A stretch of DNA of 43,096 nt from a virus: the IMG/VR virus record IMGVR_UViG_3300045988_016231, positions 1-43,096 of that record; one strand, 5' to 3'. Positions 31,237 through 37,650 of the stretch are shown one piece after another. A program made the translations under genes and the position numbers. The notes beneath the pieces are model-generated. The model searched no databases. It was not told the DNA's origin and worked only from the letters and a program-made list of their open reading frames with translations. Numbering within the stretch: position 1 is the stretch's first letter; each line of letters starts with the position of its first letter.

Positions 31237-31995
31237 TTAGCAGCAGCCGCCGCAGGGATTACACCCACATCCAGCATAAGGATTGGGCACCTGATAGGCA
31301 GGAACAGGCATGGGATTGATGCGGCGAATCAGTTCAGCAGTCTGGGCCTCCTGATTGGCGGTGAAGAAAGCGTTCTGCGCCGCCTGGGAAGCCTGGAACT
31401 TCAGGCTCTGGTTTTCAGCCGTCAGAGTAGCAATCTTGTCCTGAGTCAAAAAGTCAAGGATCGCACGGCTGTTGGCGTTCTGGTTGTCGATGATGTCCCG
31501 AGTGCTATTCTGGATGGTATTCCGGGTATCGCAAGCCTGGGTAGCCATGTCGTAACGAACGCCCTGGATTGCCGCCTGGGTAGCAGCGCCCTGGGTGGAC
31601 AGGTTATAATTCACGCCGTCCACTGCCCGCTGGGTCTGGCAGCAGCAGTCCTGAAGCTGATAGCCCAGATTGCAGATAGCATTATCCACACCATGGAAGC
31701 CGTTGGTTACGGCGGAGAGGATACCGCTCTGGCCGGTCTGGAGACCGTTCAGCGCAAAGCCCTCGTTGATGTCGGCTCTAGTAGCCCAGCCCTGACCGGA
31801 GGGAGAGCCCAGGCCATTGCCGGAGTTACCACCCCAGCCGCCGCCATAGCCGCCCCAACCGAACATACCGAAGATCAAGAACAGAATAATCCAGGAGGCC
31901 CAATCGCCTCCCCAGCCGCCGAAACCGCCATTCCCGCCCTGATAGGCAGGCTGCACGGGCATGGTCATTACAGCGCCGTCAGAAGAAAGACTCAT
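31237..31995 (-). CDS. Gly/Trp-rich membrane-anchored protein with a Q/N-rich helical region and Cys clusters
   Basis: 252 aa. GGNGGFGGWGGDWASWIILFLIFGMFGWGGYGGGWGG, then DCCCQ, then C-terminal GCGCNPCGGCC. Confidence 0.55.
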   Translation of the reverse strand: MSLSSDGAVMTMPVQPAYQGGNGGFGGWGGDWASWIILFLIFGMFGWGGYGGGWGGNSGNGLGSPSGQGWATRADINEGFALNGLQTGQSGILSAVTNGFHGVDNAICNLGYQLQDCCCQTQRAVDGVNYNLSTQGAATQAAIQGVRYDMATQACDTRNTIQNSTRDIIDNQNANSRAILDFLTQDKIATLTAENQSLKFQASQAAQNAFFTANQEAQTAELIRRINPMPVPAYQVPNPYAGCGCNPCGGCC

Positions 31996-32053
31996 TGTGT
32001 TATCTCCTTTTTTGATTTATTTTCAAAACCGTGGCCACGGATTTTGATTGAAG

Positions 32054-32272
32054 TTATTTACCAAACATTCCCCTCATTCCCTCAAACATACCCTGCATCT
32101 GCTGGGCCTGCTTTTGGACCTGGTTAAGTTGATCTTGGGAAATGCGTCCAGAGGATACCATCTCTTGTATCATGGCGTTGGGGTCTTTTCCCTTCATCTG
32201 GTTCATAAACTGCTGGAACTGCTGCATCATGTTGGGGCGGCCTCCGCCCATCACACCAAAAAATGGATTCAT
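32054..32272 (-). CDS. Small Q/M-rich protein
   Basis: 72 aa MNPFFGVMGGGRPNMMQQFQQFMNQMKGKDPNAMIQEM... ATGA overlap with the upstream gene. Confidence 0.45.
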   Translation of the reverse strand: MNPFFGVMGGGRPNMMQQFQQFMNQMKGKDPNAMIQEMVSSGRISQDQLNQVQKQAQQMQGMFEGMRGMFGK

Positions 32273-32742
32273 TCAGCATCCTCCTTCACAGATTTCTTTT
32301 TTACCGGGGCCGTCTCTTTGGCGCTCAGAGCGTCCACACGGGCCGCAAGAGCGTCCAGGTCATCCTGGGTGGCATAGCGGATAGAAGGCTCCTGCGTGGC
32401 TGCTGGGGCAGTCCTTGTGGCATTGCTGCGTTCTACCAGATCATAAATTTTGATGCTGGGTTTTCCAGAGGCATCCGCCTGCTTGAGATAAATAGTGGGG
32501 CTGTTGCTGTCCCATAAAGCAACGGCACTGTTTGGGGCCACCAGATATCCCATGGCCTCCTGCTCTCCATTCACCCAAACCATGGACTGCCCATTTTGCT
32601 GGGACTGTACGGGCGGCATTTGCGGTCCTTGCATGGGAGGTTGGAACTGCTGCCCACGGAGCTGGGCCAGTTGGTCCGGCATGGGCGGCTGGTAGTACAT
32701 GGGCTGATAGCCCGGATAGTAAGGTGTAGGTGTATAGGCCAT
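32269..32742 (-). CDS. Protein with a P/Q/Y-rich N-terminus and a small beta domain
   Basis: 157 aa MAYTPTPYYPGYQPMYYQPPMPDQ...MVWVNGEQEAMGYLVAPNSAVALWDSNSPTIYLK... Confidence 0.5.
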   Translation of the reverse strand: MAYTPTPYYPGYQPMYYQPPMPDQLAQLRGQQFQPPMQGPQMPPVQSQQNGQSMVWVNGEQEAMGYLVAPNSAVALWDSNSPTIYLKQADASGKPSIKIYDLVERSNATRTAPAATQEPSIRYATQDDLDALAARVDALSAKETAPVKKKSVKEDAE

Positions 32743-32748
32743 ATCACG

Positions 32749-33141
32749 TCATCCTTTCCAGTAGTACAAAACTTCCTTTTCCCCAGAATCCCATGTATCG
32801 AGAATCGTCCCGTCGATAATACAGACCACATGGGAATTCAGGCCGAGAAGGTACACACCGCTTCTATGGGTCCTGGCAAACTCGTTCACCGTTGTGTGCG
32901 GCGGAGCCGGTCTGCGTTCCATACCGTATTTGCCGAGATAGCTCCTCCATACCTCGTTGGAGCTTGGCATATCTTTCAGGAGATACCCTTCCAGGCACAG
33001 GCCTATGTAGGTGGTGTCCCAGGCCTGGTCCAAAGCGGTGGAAATGGCTCTAACCGTGCAGTCTCCCACATTCCTGTTGTAAGGGTTTTCGTTGTGCCAG
33101 GAATACCTCTCCGTTGTTCGCATGGCGGCTTTCCACCTCAT
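32749..33141 (-). CDS. Putative papain-like / NlpC-P60-superfamily cysteine hydrolase
   Basis: 130 aa. NVGDCTVRAISTAL (Cys28), then NSHVVCIIDGTILDTWD (His104, Asp115). The start may instead be 33123. Confidence 0.45.
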   Translation of the reverse strand: MRWKAAMRTTERYSWHNENPYNRNVGDCTVRAISTALDQAWDTTYIGLCLEGYLLKDMPSSNEVWRSYLGKYGMERRPAPPHTTVNEFARTHRSGVYLLGLNSHVVCIIDGTILDTWDSGEKEVLYYWKG

Positions 33142-33253
33142 TTAGATACTTTTCCAAACCATAATCATCCCCCTGTGCCCGAAACCACATAATGGTTTCC
33201 CTGGCGCAATCCGGCCGGATACCGGCGGCAATCAATCTCTCTACCGGGGTCAT
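33050..33253 (-). CDS. Small hypothetical protein (3' end uncertain, overlaps the next gene)
   Basis: 67-aa ORF MTPVERLIAAGIRPDCARETIMWFRAQGDDYGLEKYLNEVE... First gene of the operon. Confidence 0.35.
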   Translation of the reverse strand: MTPVERLIAAGIRPDCARETIMWFRAQGDDYGLEKYLNEVESRHANNGEVFLAQRKPLQQECGRLHG

Positions 33254-33452
33254 ATATCACACGTCCTTTGTATAAAAATAAGGAGTCCGTGAGGAGGACT
33301 GCGACGTGTACAGCCCTTGTTCCCCACGTCCTCCATGTCTATATTGTCGCATAAAAATTCCCCGCATGGGTGGCATTCATGCGGGAGTTGTGCGGTAGTT
33401 ATGTGGCATTTGTGTGAAATTTGTAACGACATAACTTCGTTACTCTGCATAA

Positions 33453-33480
33453 TTGACTTTCCGGGATAAATGGGTATACT
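33453..33480 (+). promoter_or_regulatory. Promoter of the Panacea/toxin cassette
   Basis: TTGACT, 16-nt spacer, TATACT, located 55 nt upstream of the ATG at 33535. Confidence 0.55.
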
Positions 33481-33534
33481 AAAGATGTATAAATCTAATT
33501 TTGGAAAAAGATGAGGCAGAAAGGAGGAGGTAAT

Positions 33535-34032
33535 ATGTTTCATGCGCAGGATATTGCAAACTACTTTTTGCGGAAGGACAAAGACGGAAGGATGTTCAAC
33601 AAGAAACTGGTTCACAGGAATAGCCGGGATTTCTATGAAGGGAATGCAAGGCTAAACAAATACCTCCACTTGGCACAGAATCTCTTTCTTGCAAAGACCG
33701 GAGATCTGCTTTTTGAGGAAGATCTATATGCGTATGACAACGGGGCTGTTGTTCCAGAAGTACAGGAGAGATACAGTGTTTTGCTCTCCAAAAAATCGGA
33801 ACCAAACTTGCCGGAATATGTTTGTACCTTTCTTGATCATATCTATGCAGCTTTTGAAAACGCTACCCTGGATGAGTTGATCGAACTATCGCACGAAGAT
33901 AATGAATGGATTGATAAAAACAGATTTTACTACAAGTCAGATCAGCGGATGAACTCTCGCGCCCGCGCATCAGAATACAAAGAACAATACAGGGATTTTC
34001 TTCGTGTGCTGGATAGGATGGGCAACAAATGA
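33535..34032 (+). CDS. Panacea (DUF4065 / SocA-like) domain protein, putative antitoxin
   Basis: 165 aa MFHAQDIANYFL...ARLNKYLHLAQNLFLAKTGDLLFEEDLYAYDNGAVVPEV... Shine-Dalgarno AAAGGAGGAGG. ATGA overlap with the downstream ORF. Confidence 0.65.
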   Translation: MFHAQDIANYFLRKDKDGRMFNKKLVHRNSRDFYEGNARLNKYLHLAQNLFLAKTGDLLFEEDLYAYDNGAVVPEVQERYSVLLSKKSEPNLPEYVCTFLDHIYAAFENATLDELIELSHEDNEWIDKNRFYYKSDQRMNSRARASEYKEQYRDFLRVLDRMGNK

Positions 34033-34478
34033 GTATTGAGGTTGGTCAGGTACTTGCCTTAAAAATTAGATTCAACAACAAAGGGGATGCCGCTTCAAGT
34101 CCGCATCCCTATCTTGTTGTCGCTGTTCATGATATGCTTGGTATTATCGAGATCGCACAGATGGATTCTCTTGCTGGTAAAGAACACAAAGCGGCATTTA
34201 AAAGCAACAAAGTTATTTTCTGTAACGATCCGATAGAAACTGTTATTGACCGAGATAGTTATGTTCAACTGGATAACACAATTCAGTTAGAAAATTTTTC
34301 TGGTATTGAGGGATTTCGTCGGCAGACTGATAAATTAAGCAAAGAAAAATTAGAAGATGTTTTGAACGCTTATCGGAACTATCATGAAGTACATGAGATT
34401 GATGAAATGAAAAACGTCTACATGGACAAAAATGAGATTTTGAGTTTAAATAAACGATACAGAAAGGAGCCGGATTAA
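34029..34478 (+). CDS. Putative toxin (MazF/PemK-like SH3-barrel pattern, otherwise unassigned)
   Basis: 149 aa. GQVLALKIRF...PHPYLVVAV...IIEIAQMDS...DSYVQLDNTIQL. Translationally coupled to the Panacea gene. Confidence 0.45.
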   Translation: MSIEVGQVLALKIRFNNKGDAASSPHPYLVVAVHDMLGIIEIAQMDSLAGKEHKAAFKSNKVIFCNDPIETVIDRDSYVQLDNTIQLENFSGIEGFRRQTDKLSKEKLEDVLNAYRNYHEVHEIDEMKNVYMDKNEILSLNKRYRKEPD

Positions 34479-34735
34479 CCCCCGACTCCTTTTAATTTTG
34501 TTATTCTACTTGCCGCCCGTTCCACTTCATCCAGTATGTACGTGATATGTCTGGATACTGTGGACCTTTCCCAGCCCAACTCAGCAGCAATATCAATCTG
34601 TGGTTTCTTCTCCACAATATACCGTCGGGCTATCAGGTCATCATCCCGGTCAAGTGCTGCTTCATATATTGCCTTCTCTAACTCTGAGCGCAAGAGCTTG
34701 TCCAGCTGGTCAGGTAGCTTTACTCTTGCGCTCAT
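34475..34735 (-). CDS. Sigma-70 region-4-like (DUF1492/ArpU-like) transcription regulator
   Basis: 86 aa ...LIARRYIVEKKPQIDIAAELGWERSTVSRHITYILDEV... Confidence 0.55.
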   Translation of the reverse strand: MSARVKLPDQLDKLLRSELEKAIYEAALDRDDDLIARRYIVEKKPQIDIAAELGWERSTVSRHITYILDEVERAASRITKLKGVGG

Positions 34736-34747
34736 TTGCTCACGTCC

Positions 34748-35560
34748 TTATCTTTTGATTGCCGCCGCTACGGTGGCCAGCTCCTGCCTCGTAACAAATC
34801 CTTGGGGCCTTTCAATGGTCCCTCCAACATCGGTCATTACTCCTGCGTCAATAGCCTCCTGGATATACGGCTTTGCCCAATCAGAGGCCGGTTGATTGTT
34901 CCGTCTAGCCAGCCAGTTTTCCATCATGGTATCAAACTGTTCCTGTGTCATCTCATCCTCTCCTTCCATCCATCGGGCCACATCCGCCCGGAAATCATCC
35001 ATGGTTTTGCCGAATTTAGGGAACCAGTGAAGGACATCCCCGTGGTTACTGGCGATCCCTCTGCGGTAGCCCTCCTGATGGCAGATTACCACTCCGTCAG
35101 CCAACGGGTCCAGGTTATACTCCTTGCAGAGATAGGCTGTCAGCTCCACGGCCTCCTGGTACACCGCCTCAAAATAGCTGACATCCTCCAGGCCGTCCTC
35201 GCAGATTTCAAAAGAAATGTGGGTATCATTTGCACTGCCGTTCTTTCCTCGGCCACAGTGCCAGCCACGGCGATTCCATGGAAGGGTCTGCACCGTACCC
35301 ACCGATTCGTCTGCAAAGAGGCCCACAAAGGCATGGGCGCACTTATTCAGCTTCTTATCAAATTTTGCCTTGTATTCTGTATTAGTCTGGTCCCAGTGGT
35401 TGCCATAGGTGTTTCGGCCTATCTCCTCATCTCCGGGCACATAGCGGGCCACAGAGGGGTTATTGGCTCCGGTCGAGTGTACCATTACCCCCTGTGGCCG
35501 GATGGTCCTCCCGGCCCTGTAACAGTCGTTCTTGGTCAAATACTGTTTTCGTAATCTCAT
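34748..35560 (-). CDS. Endolysin: N-acetylmuramoyl-L-alanine amidase (Amidase_2/PGRP type) with a C-terminal SLH-like module
   Basis: 270 aa ...GVMVHSTGANNP...WNRRGWHCG... The C-terminus ASDWAKPYIQEAIDAGVMTD...GFVTRQELATVAAAI resembles one SLH repeat. Confidence 0.8.
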   Translation of the reverse strand: MRLRKQYLTKNDCYRAGRTIRPQGVMVHSTGANNPSVARYVPGDEEIGRNTYGNHWDQTNTEYKAKFDKKLNKCAHAFVGLFADESVGTVQTLPWNRRGWHCGRGKNGSANDTHISFEICEDGLEDVSYFEAVYQEAVELTAYLCKEYNLDPLADGVVICHQEGYRRGIASNHGDVLHWFPKFGKTMDDFRADVARWMEGEDEMTQEQFDTMMENWLARRNNQPASDWAKPYIQEAIDAGVMTDVGGTIERPQGFVTRQELATVAAAIKR

Positions 35561-35572
35561 GGTCTTCCTCCA

Positions 35573-35601
35573 TTGACATATCAGGGCGTGTGCTGTAATA
35601 T
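35573..35601 (+). promoter_or_regulatory. Near-consensus promoter for the 35622 gene
   Basis: TTGACA, 17-nt spacer, TAATAT. Confidence 0.6.
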
Positions 35602-35621
35602 GCGGATAAGGGAGTGATAAA

Positions 35622-35891
35622 ATGCATGATTACAAATTGCTTTGCCACTTTTTGAGGCAGGCAGAAACTGCTTTCAGCCTATCAGTGGACACAAACCAGG
35701 AATTTTCTGCACTAGCAGACAAGTTCGAGTCCGGCAACGCCACAAACGAAGACCGGGAAATGGCCCTCAGAATCCTGACAAATGCCAGGGAGAACTTTTC
35801 CTCCATGCCGGACAGTGAGGAGAAAATGACTGGGATGTTAGAGACCGCCCTGATTATTCAACAGCTAAATATGGAGCTAAAGGCACCCTGA
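35622..35891 (+). CDS. Hypothetical helical protein (opposite-strand moron inside the lysis region)
   Basis: 89-aa ORF with its own promoter and terminator. Confidence 0.55.
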   Translation: MHDYKLLCHFLRQAETAFSLSVDTNQEFSALADKFESGNATNEDREMALRILTNARENFSSMPDSEEKMTGMLETALIIQQLNMELKAP

Positions 35892-35908
35892 TTGGGTGCT
35901 TTTTTATT
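35883..35908 (+). terminator. Intrinsic terminator
   Basis: GCACCC-TGATT-GGGTGC followed by TTTTTTATT. Confidence 0.75.
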
Positions 35909-36167
35909 ATTCTCTTTCCGCTTCCTCTTTGGCGGCCTCATCCTCCACCACGCCAGCAGCCACGGCGGCGGCAAATGCCTCCTTGTCAGGGAAGGCGGCG
36001 GCCAGCTCCTGACCGTGACGGCCAGTAAACTCACGCATCTCCCTGGCCTCCTCGTGGGTAATCTCAGGGTGCTTCTTCAGGAGCATGGGCATGCCTACGG
36101 TCGCCAAATCGGGGGCGTCGTTCTTCTCATTGATTTCGTACAGTTCATAGAGCATTTCGGTGTTCAT
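35907..36167 (-). CDS. Hypothetical acidic protein
   Basis: 86-aa ORF downstream of the holin gene. Confidence 0.45.
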   Translation of the reverse strand: MNTEMLYELYEINEKNDAPDLATVGMPMLLKKHPEITHEEAREMREFTGRHGQELAAAFPDKEAFAAAVAAGVVEDEAAKEEAERE

Positions 36168-36195
36168 AGTTCAATCTCCTTTTTTAAATTTGTTG

Positions 36196-36456
36196 TTATT
36201 CCTTCATCTGCCTGATAGCCTGGTTGACGCCAGTTGCCGCCAGACCGCTTACGATGCCCACGGCAACGGCGGTCAGGGGGTCCGTCGCCGGGAAGTCCTT
36301 GAGGCCGGTATACAGCGCCGCCACGCCCAGAACGCCGCCGCACAGGCCCACGATAGCCGGGATGTACTTGTTATCCAGACCGGACGATTTGACAATCAGT
36401 CCCACCAGATAACAGATGACGGTAATAGCCGCCACGGATGCGATTCCAAAGTCCAT
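36196..36456 (-). CDS. Holin
   Basis: 86 aa MDFGIASVAAITVICYLVGLIVK...IVGLCGGVLGVAAL...VAVGIVSGLAATGVNQAIRQMKE. Multiple TM segments. Shine-Dalgarno GGGAGGTG. Confidence 0.75.
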   Translation of the reverse strand: MDFGIASVAAITVICYLVGLIVKSSGLDNKYIPAIVGLCGGVLGVAALYTGLKDFPATDPLTAVAVGIVSGLAATGVNQAIRQMKE

Positions 36457-36581
36457 AAAATCACCTCCCATCCTGTTGACTTTTGTCGAAAGAGTGATAT
36501 AGTGGATATGTCCTTCGGGACCCGTTGCCCTGGTTCCACACTCTCCTCTTTTTCCCAGGGTAGCGGTTTCGCCCCCCCTCC

Positions 36582-36608
36582 ATCCTCCCAAATCGGGAGG
36601 ATTTTTTT
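36582..36608 (+). terminator. Plus-strand intrinsic terminator between the XhlA-like and holin genes
   Basis: ATCCTCCC-AAATC-GGGAGGAT followed by T7. Confidence 0.5.
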
Positions 36609-36942
36609 ATAGTCCGATTCTCGCAAGCAGGAACGCAATCACAGCCGCCAGCACTGCCCAAATGGCCTTGTCCACAATGGCGTCCCAGCGCTTGGCCGGT
36701 TTCAACTCACAGGATTCCTGTTTGGCCAGCACCTTCTTAATGTTGGCATCCATCCCATTTAACTTTTCGTCCAGCCTTGCGTCCCTCGCAATCTGTTGTC
36801 TCTGCCAATCATAAAACTTGGCGTGGAAGTCTTTGGAATCCTCCCGCCATTCTTCCAGGGCTTTGATTCTTCCCTCCAGCTTGGCGGCCTCTGCCTTCCC
36901 TATGCAATCCCGCTGTGGGTCTAAGATGCACTTATCATCCAT
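36607..36942 (-). CDS. xhlA: XhlA-like (hemolysin XhlA family) lysis-associated membrane protein
   Basis: 111 aa. N-terminal coiled coil and a C-terminal TM segment, AIWAVLAAVIAFLLARI. Confidence 0.6.
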   Translation of the reverse strand: MDDKCILDPQRDCIGKAEAAKLEGRIKALEEWREDSKDFHAKFYDWQRQQIARDARLDEKLNGMDANIKKVLAKQESCELKPAKRWDAIVDKAIWAVLAAVIAFLLARIGL

Positions 36943-37366
36943 CGCACACCTCCCACGCCCGGGCGTAATCCTTCGGTGAGAAGTTAGTATCCTGCATACA
37001 CTTGTATGTTTTGCCGTCGGTATAGATCATGTACTCCCCTACCCTATACATATCATGGGCACCCTGAACAGGCACAAAGGGGCGGGCCGTCTCAGGGCTT
37101 GTCCCATGAAGGGGCCGCCAGAAGGTGAACCAGGCGGAGTTATCCGGCTTGATGTCAGGGTGGGTCGCATTGTCGTGCGCCTGAAAGCACTCCCAAGTCT
37201 GGCCACCGTTATTTCTGATGTCGTCTACCTGATATTTGCCCTCCGTCCAGTCCTCATACAGACCGGAGGCCCGGATACGCTTGTCGTCGGTGTCAACGGT
37301 CGCCCCGGCCAAGGTCTGCCGGGACACATAGATAGCGGATGCCAGTGCGTCGTACAAATTGCTCAC
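36935..37366 (-). CDS. Protein with two carbohydrate-binding (CBM5/12-like) repeats
   Basis: 143 aa. YQVDDIRNNGGQTWECFQAH...AWFTFW and YRVGEYMIYTDGKTYKCMQDTNF...AWEV. Confidence 0.45.
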   Translation of the reverse strand: MSNLYDALASAIYVSRQTLAGATVDTDDKRIRASGLYEDWTEGKYQVDDIRNNGGQTWECFQAHDNATHPDIKPDNSAWFTFWRPLHGTSPETARPFVPVQGAHDMYRVGEYMIYTDGKTYKCMQDTNFSPKDYARAWEVCDG

Positions 37367-37638
37367 AGTGTAAGCCCCCTCTCAATGGCGGTCTCAATGC
37401 TGGATACCCTGTCCTCAAGGGTGGGCTCCGGCTCCGGTTCAGGCTCCGGCTCAGGGACGATTCCGGCAGTCATGGCGATAACAGTCTGGCCATCCACCTC
37501 GATATCCACAAAGGGGAAGGTATCAGGCACTGAGATGCCAGGAGGGACCTCCGCCCACCCTTTCGGGATGGTATTCAAATTACAGGTTTGGTTGCGGTGC
37601 GCCCCATTTTCCAGGGGCTGGATTTCGATGATTAGCAT
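37363..37638 (-). CDS. Hypothetical tail-associated protein with a (PE)5 linker
   Basis: 91 aa ...GIVPEPEPEPEPEPTLEDRVSSIETAIERG. Confidence 0.45.
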   Translation of the reverse strand: MLIIEIQPLENGAHRNQTCNLNTIPKGWAEVPPGISVPDTFPFVDIEVDGQTVIAMTAGIVPEPEPEPEPEPTLEDRVSSIETAIERGLTL

Positions 37639-37650
37639 GGAAACCTCCTT

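Noticed and set aside
31099-32127. 342-codon plus-strand ORF
   Set aside because: It is antisense to the Gly/Trp-rich gene. The long open frame is explained by the biased GGN/CCN composition. It has no Shine-Dalgarno, and the minus-strand reading has operon context and a start signal.
33250-33615. 121-codon minus-strand ORF
   Set aside because: It spans the promoter and 5' end of the plus-strand Panacea gene and a hairpin-rich intergenic region. It has no Shine-Dalgarno and a junk-like sequence.
34736-35554. 272-codon plus-strand ORF
   Set aside because: It is antisense to the Amidase_2 endolysin, which has clear catalytic motifs. It is a shadow ORF.
36396-36661. ORFs 36396-36638 and 36461-36661, and the N-terminal 45 codons of 36196-36591
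   Set aside because: They cover the XhlA-holin intergenic region, which contains a terminator hairpin. The holin has a well-placed GGGAGGTG Shine-Dalgarno and an ATG at 36456.
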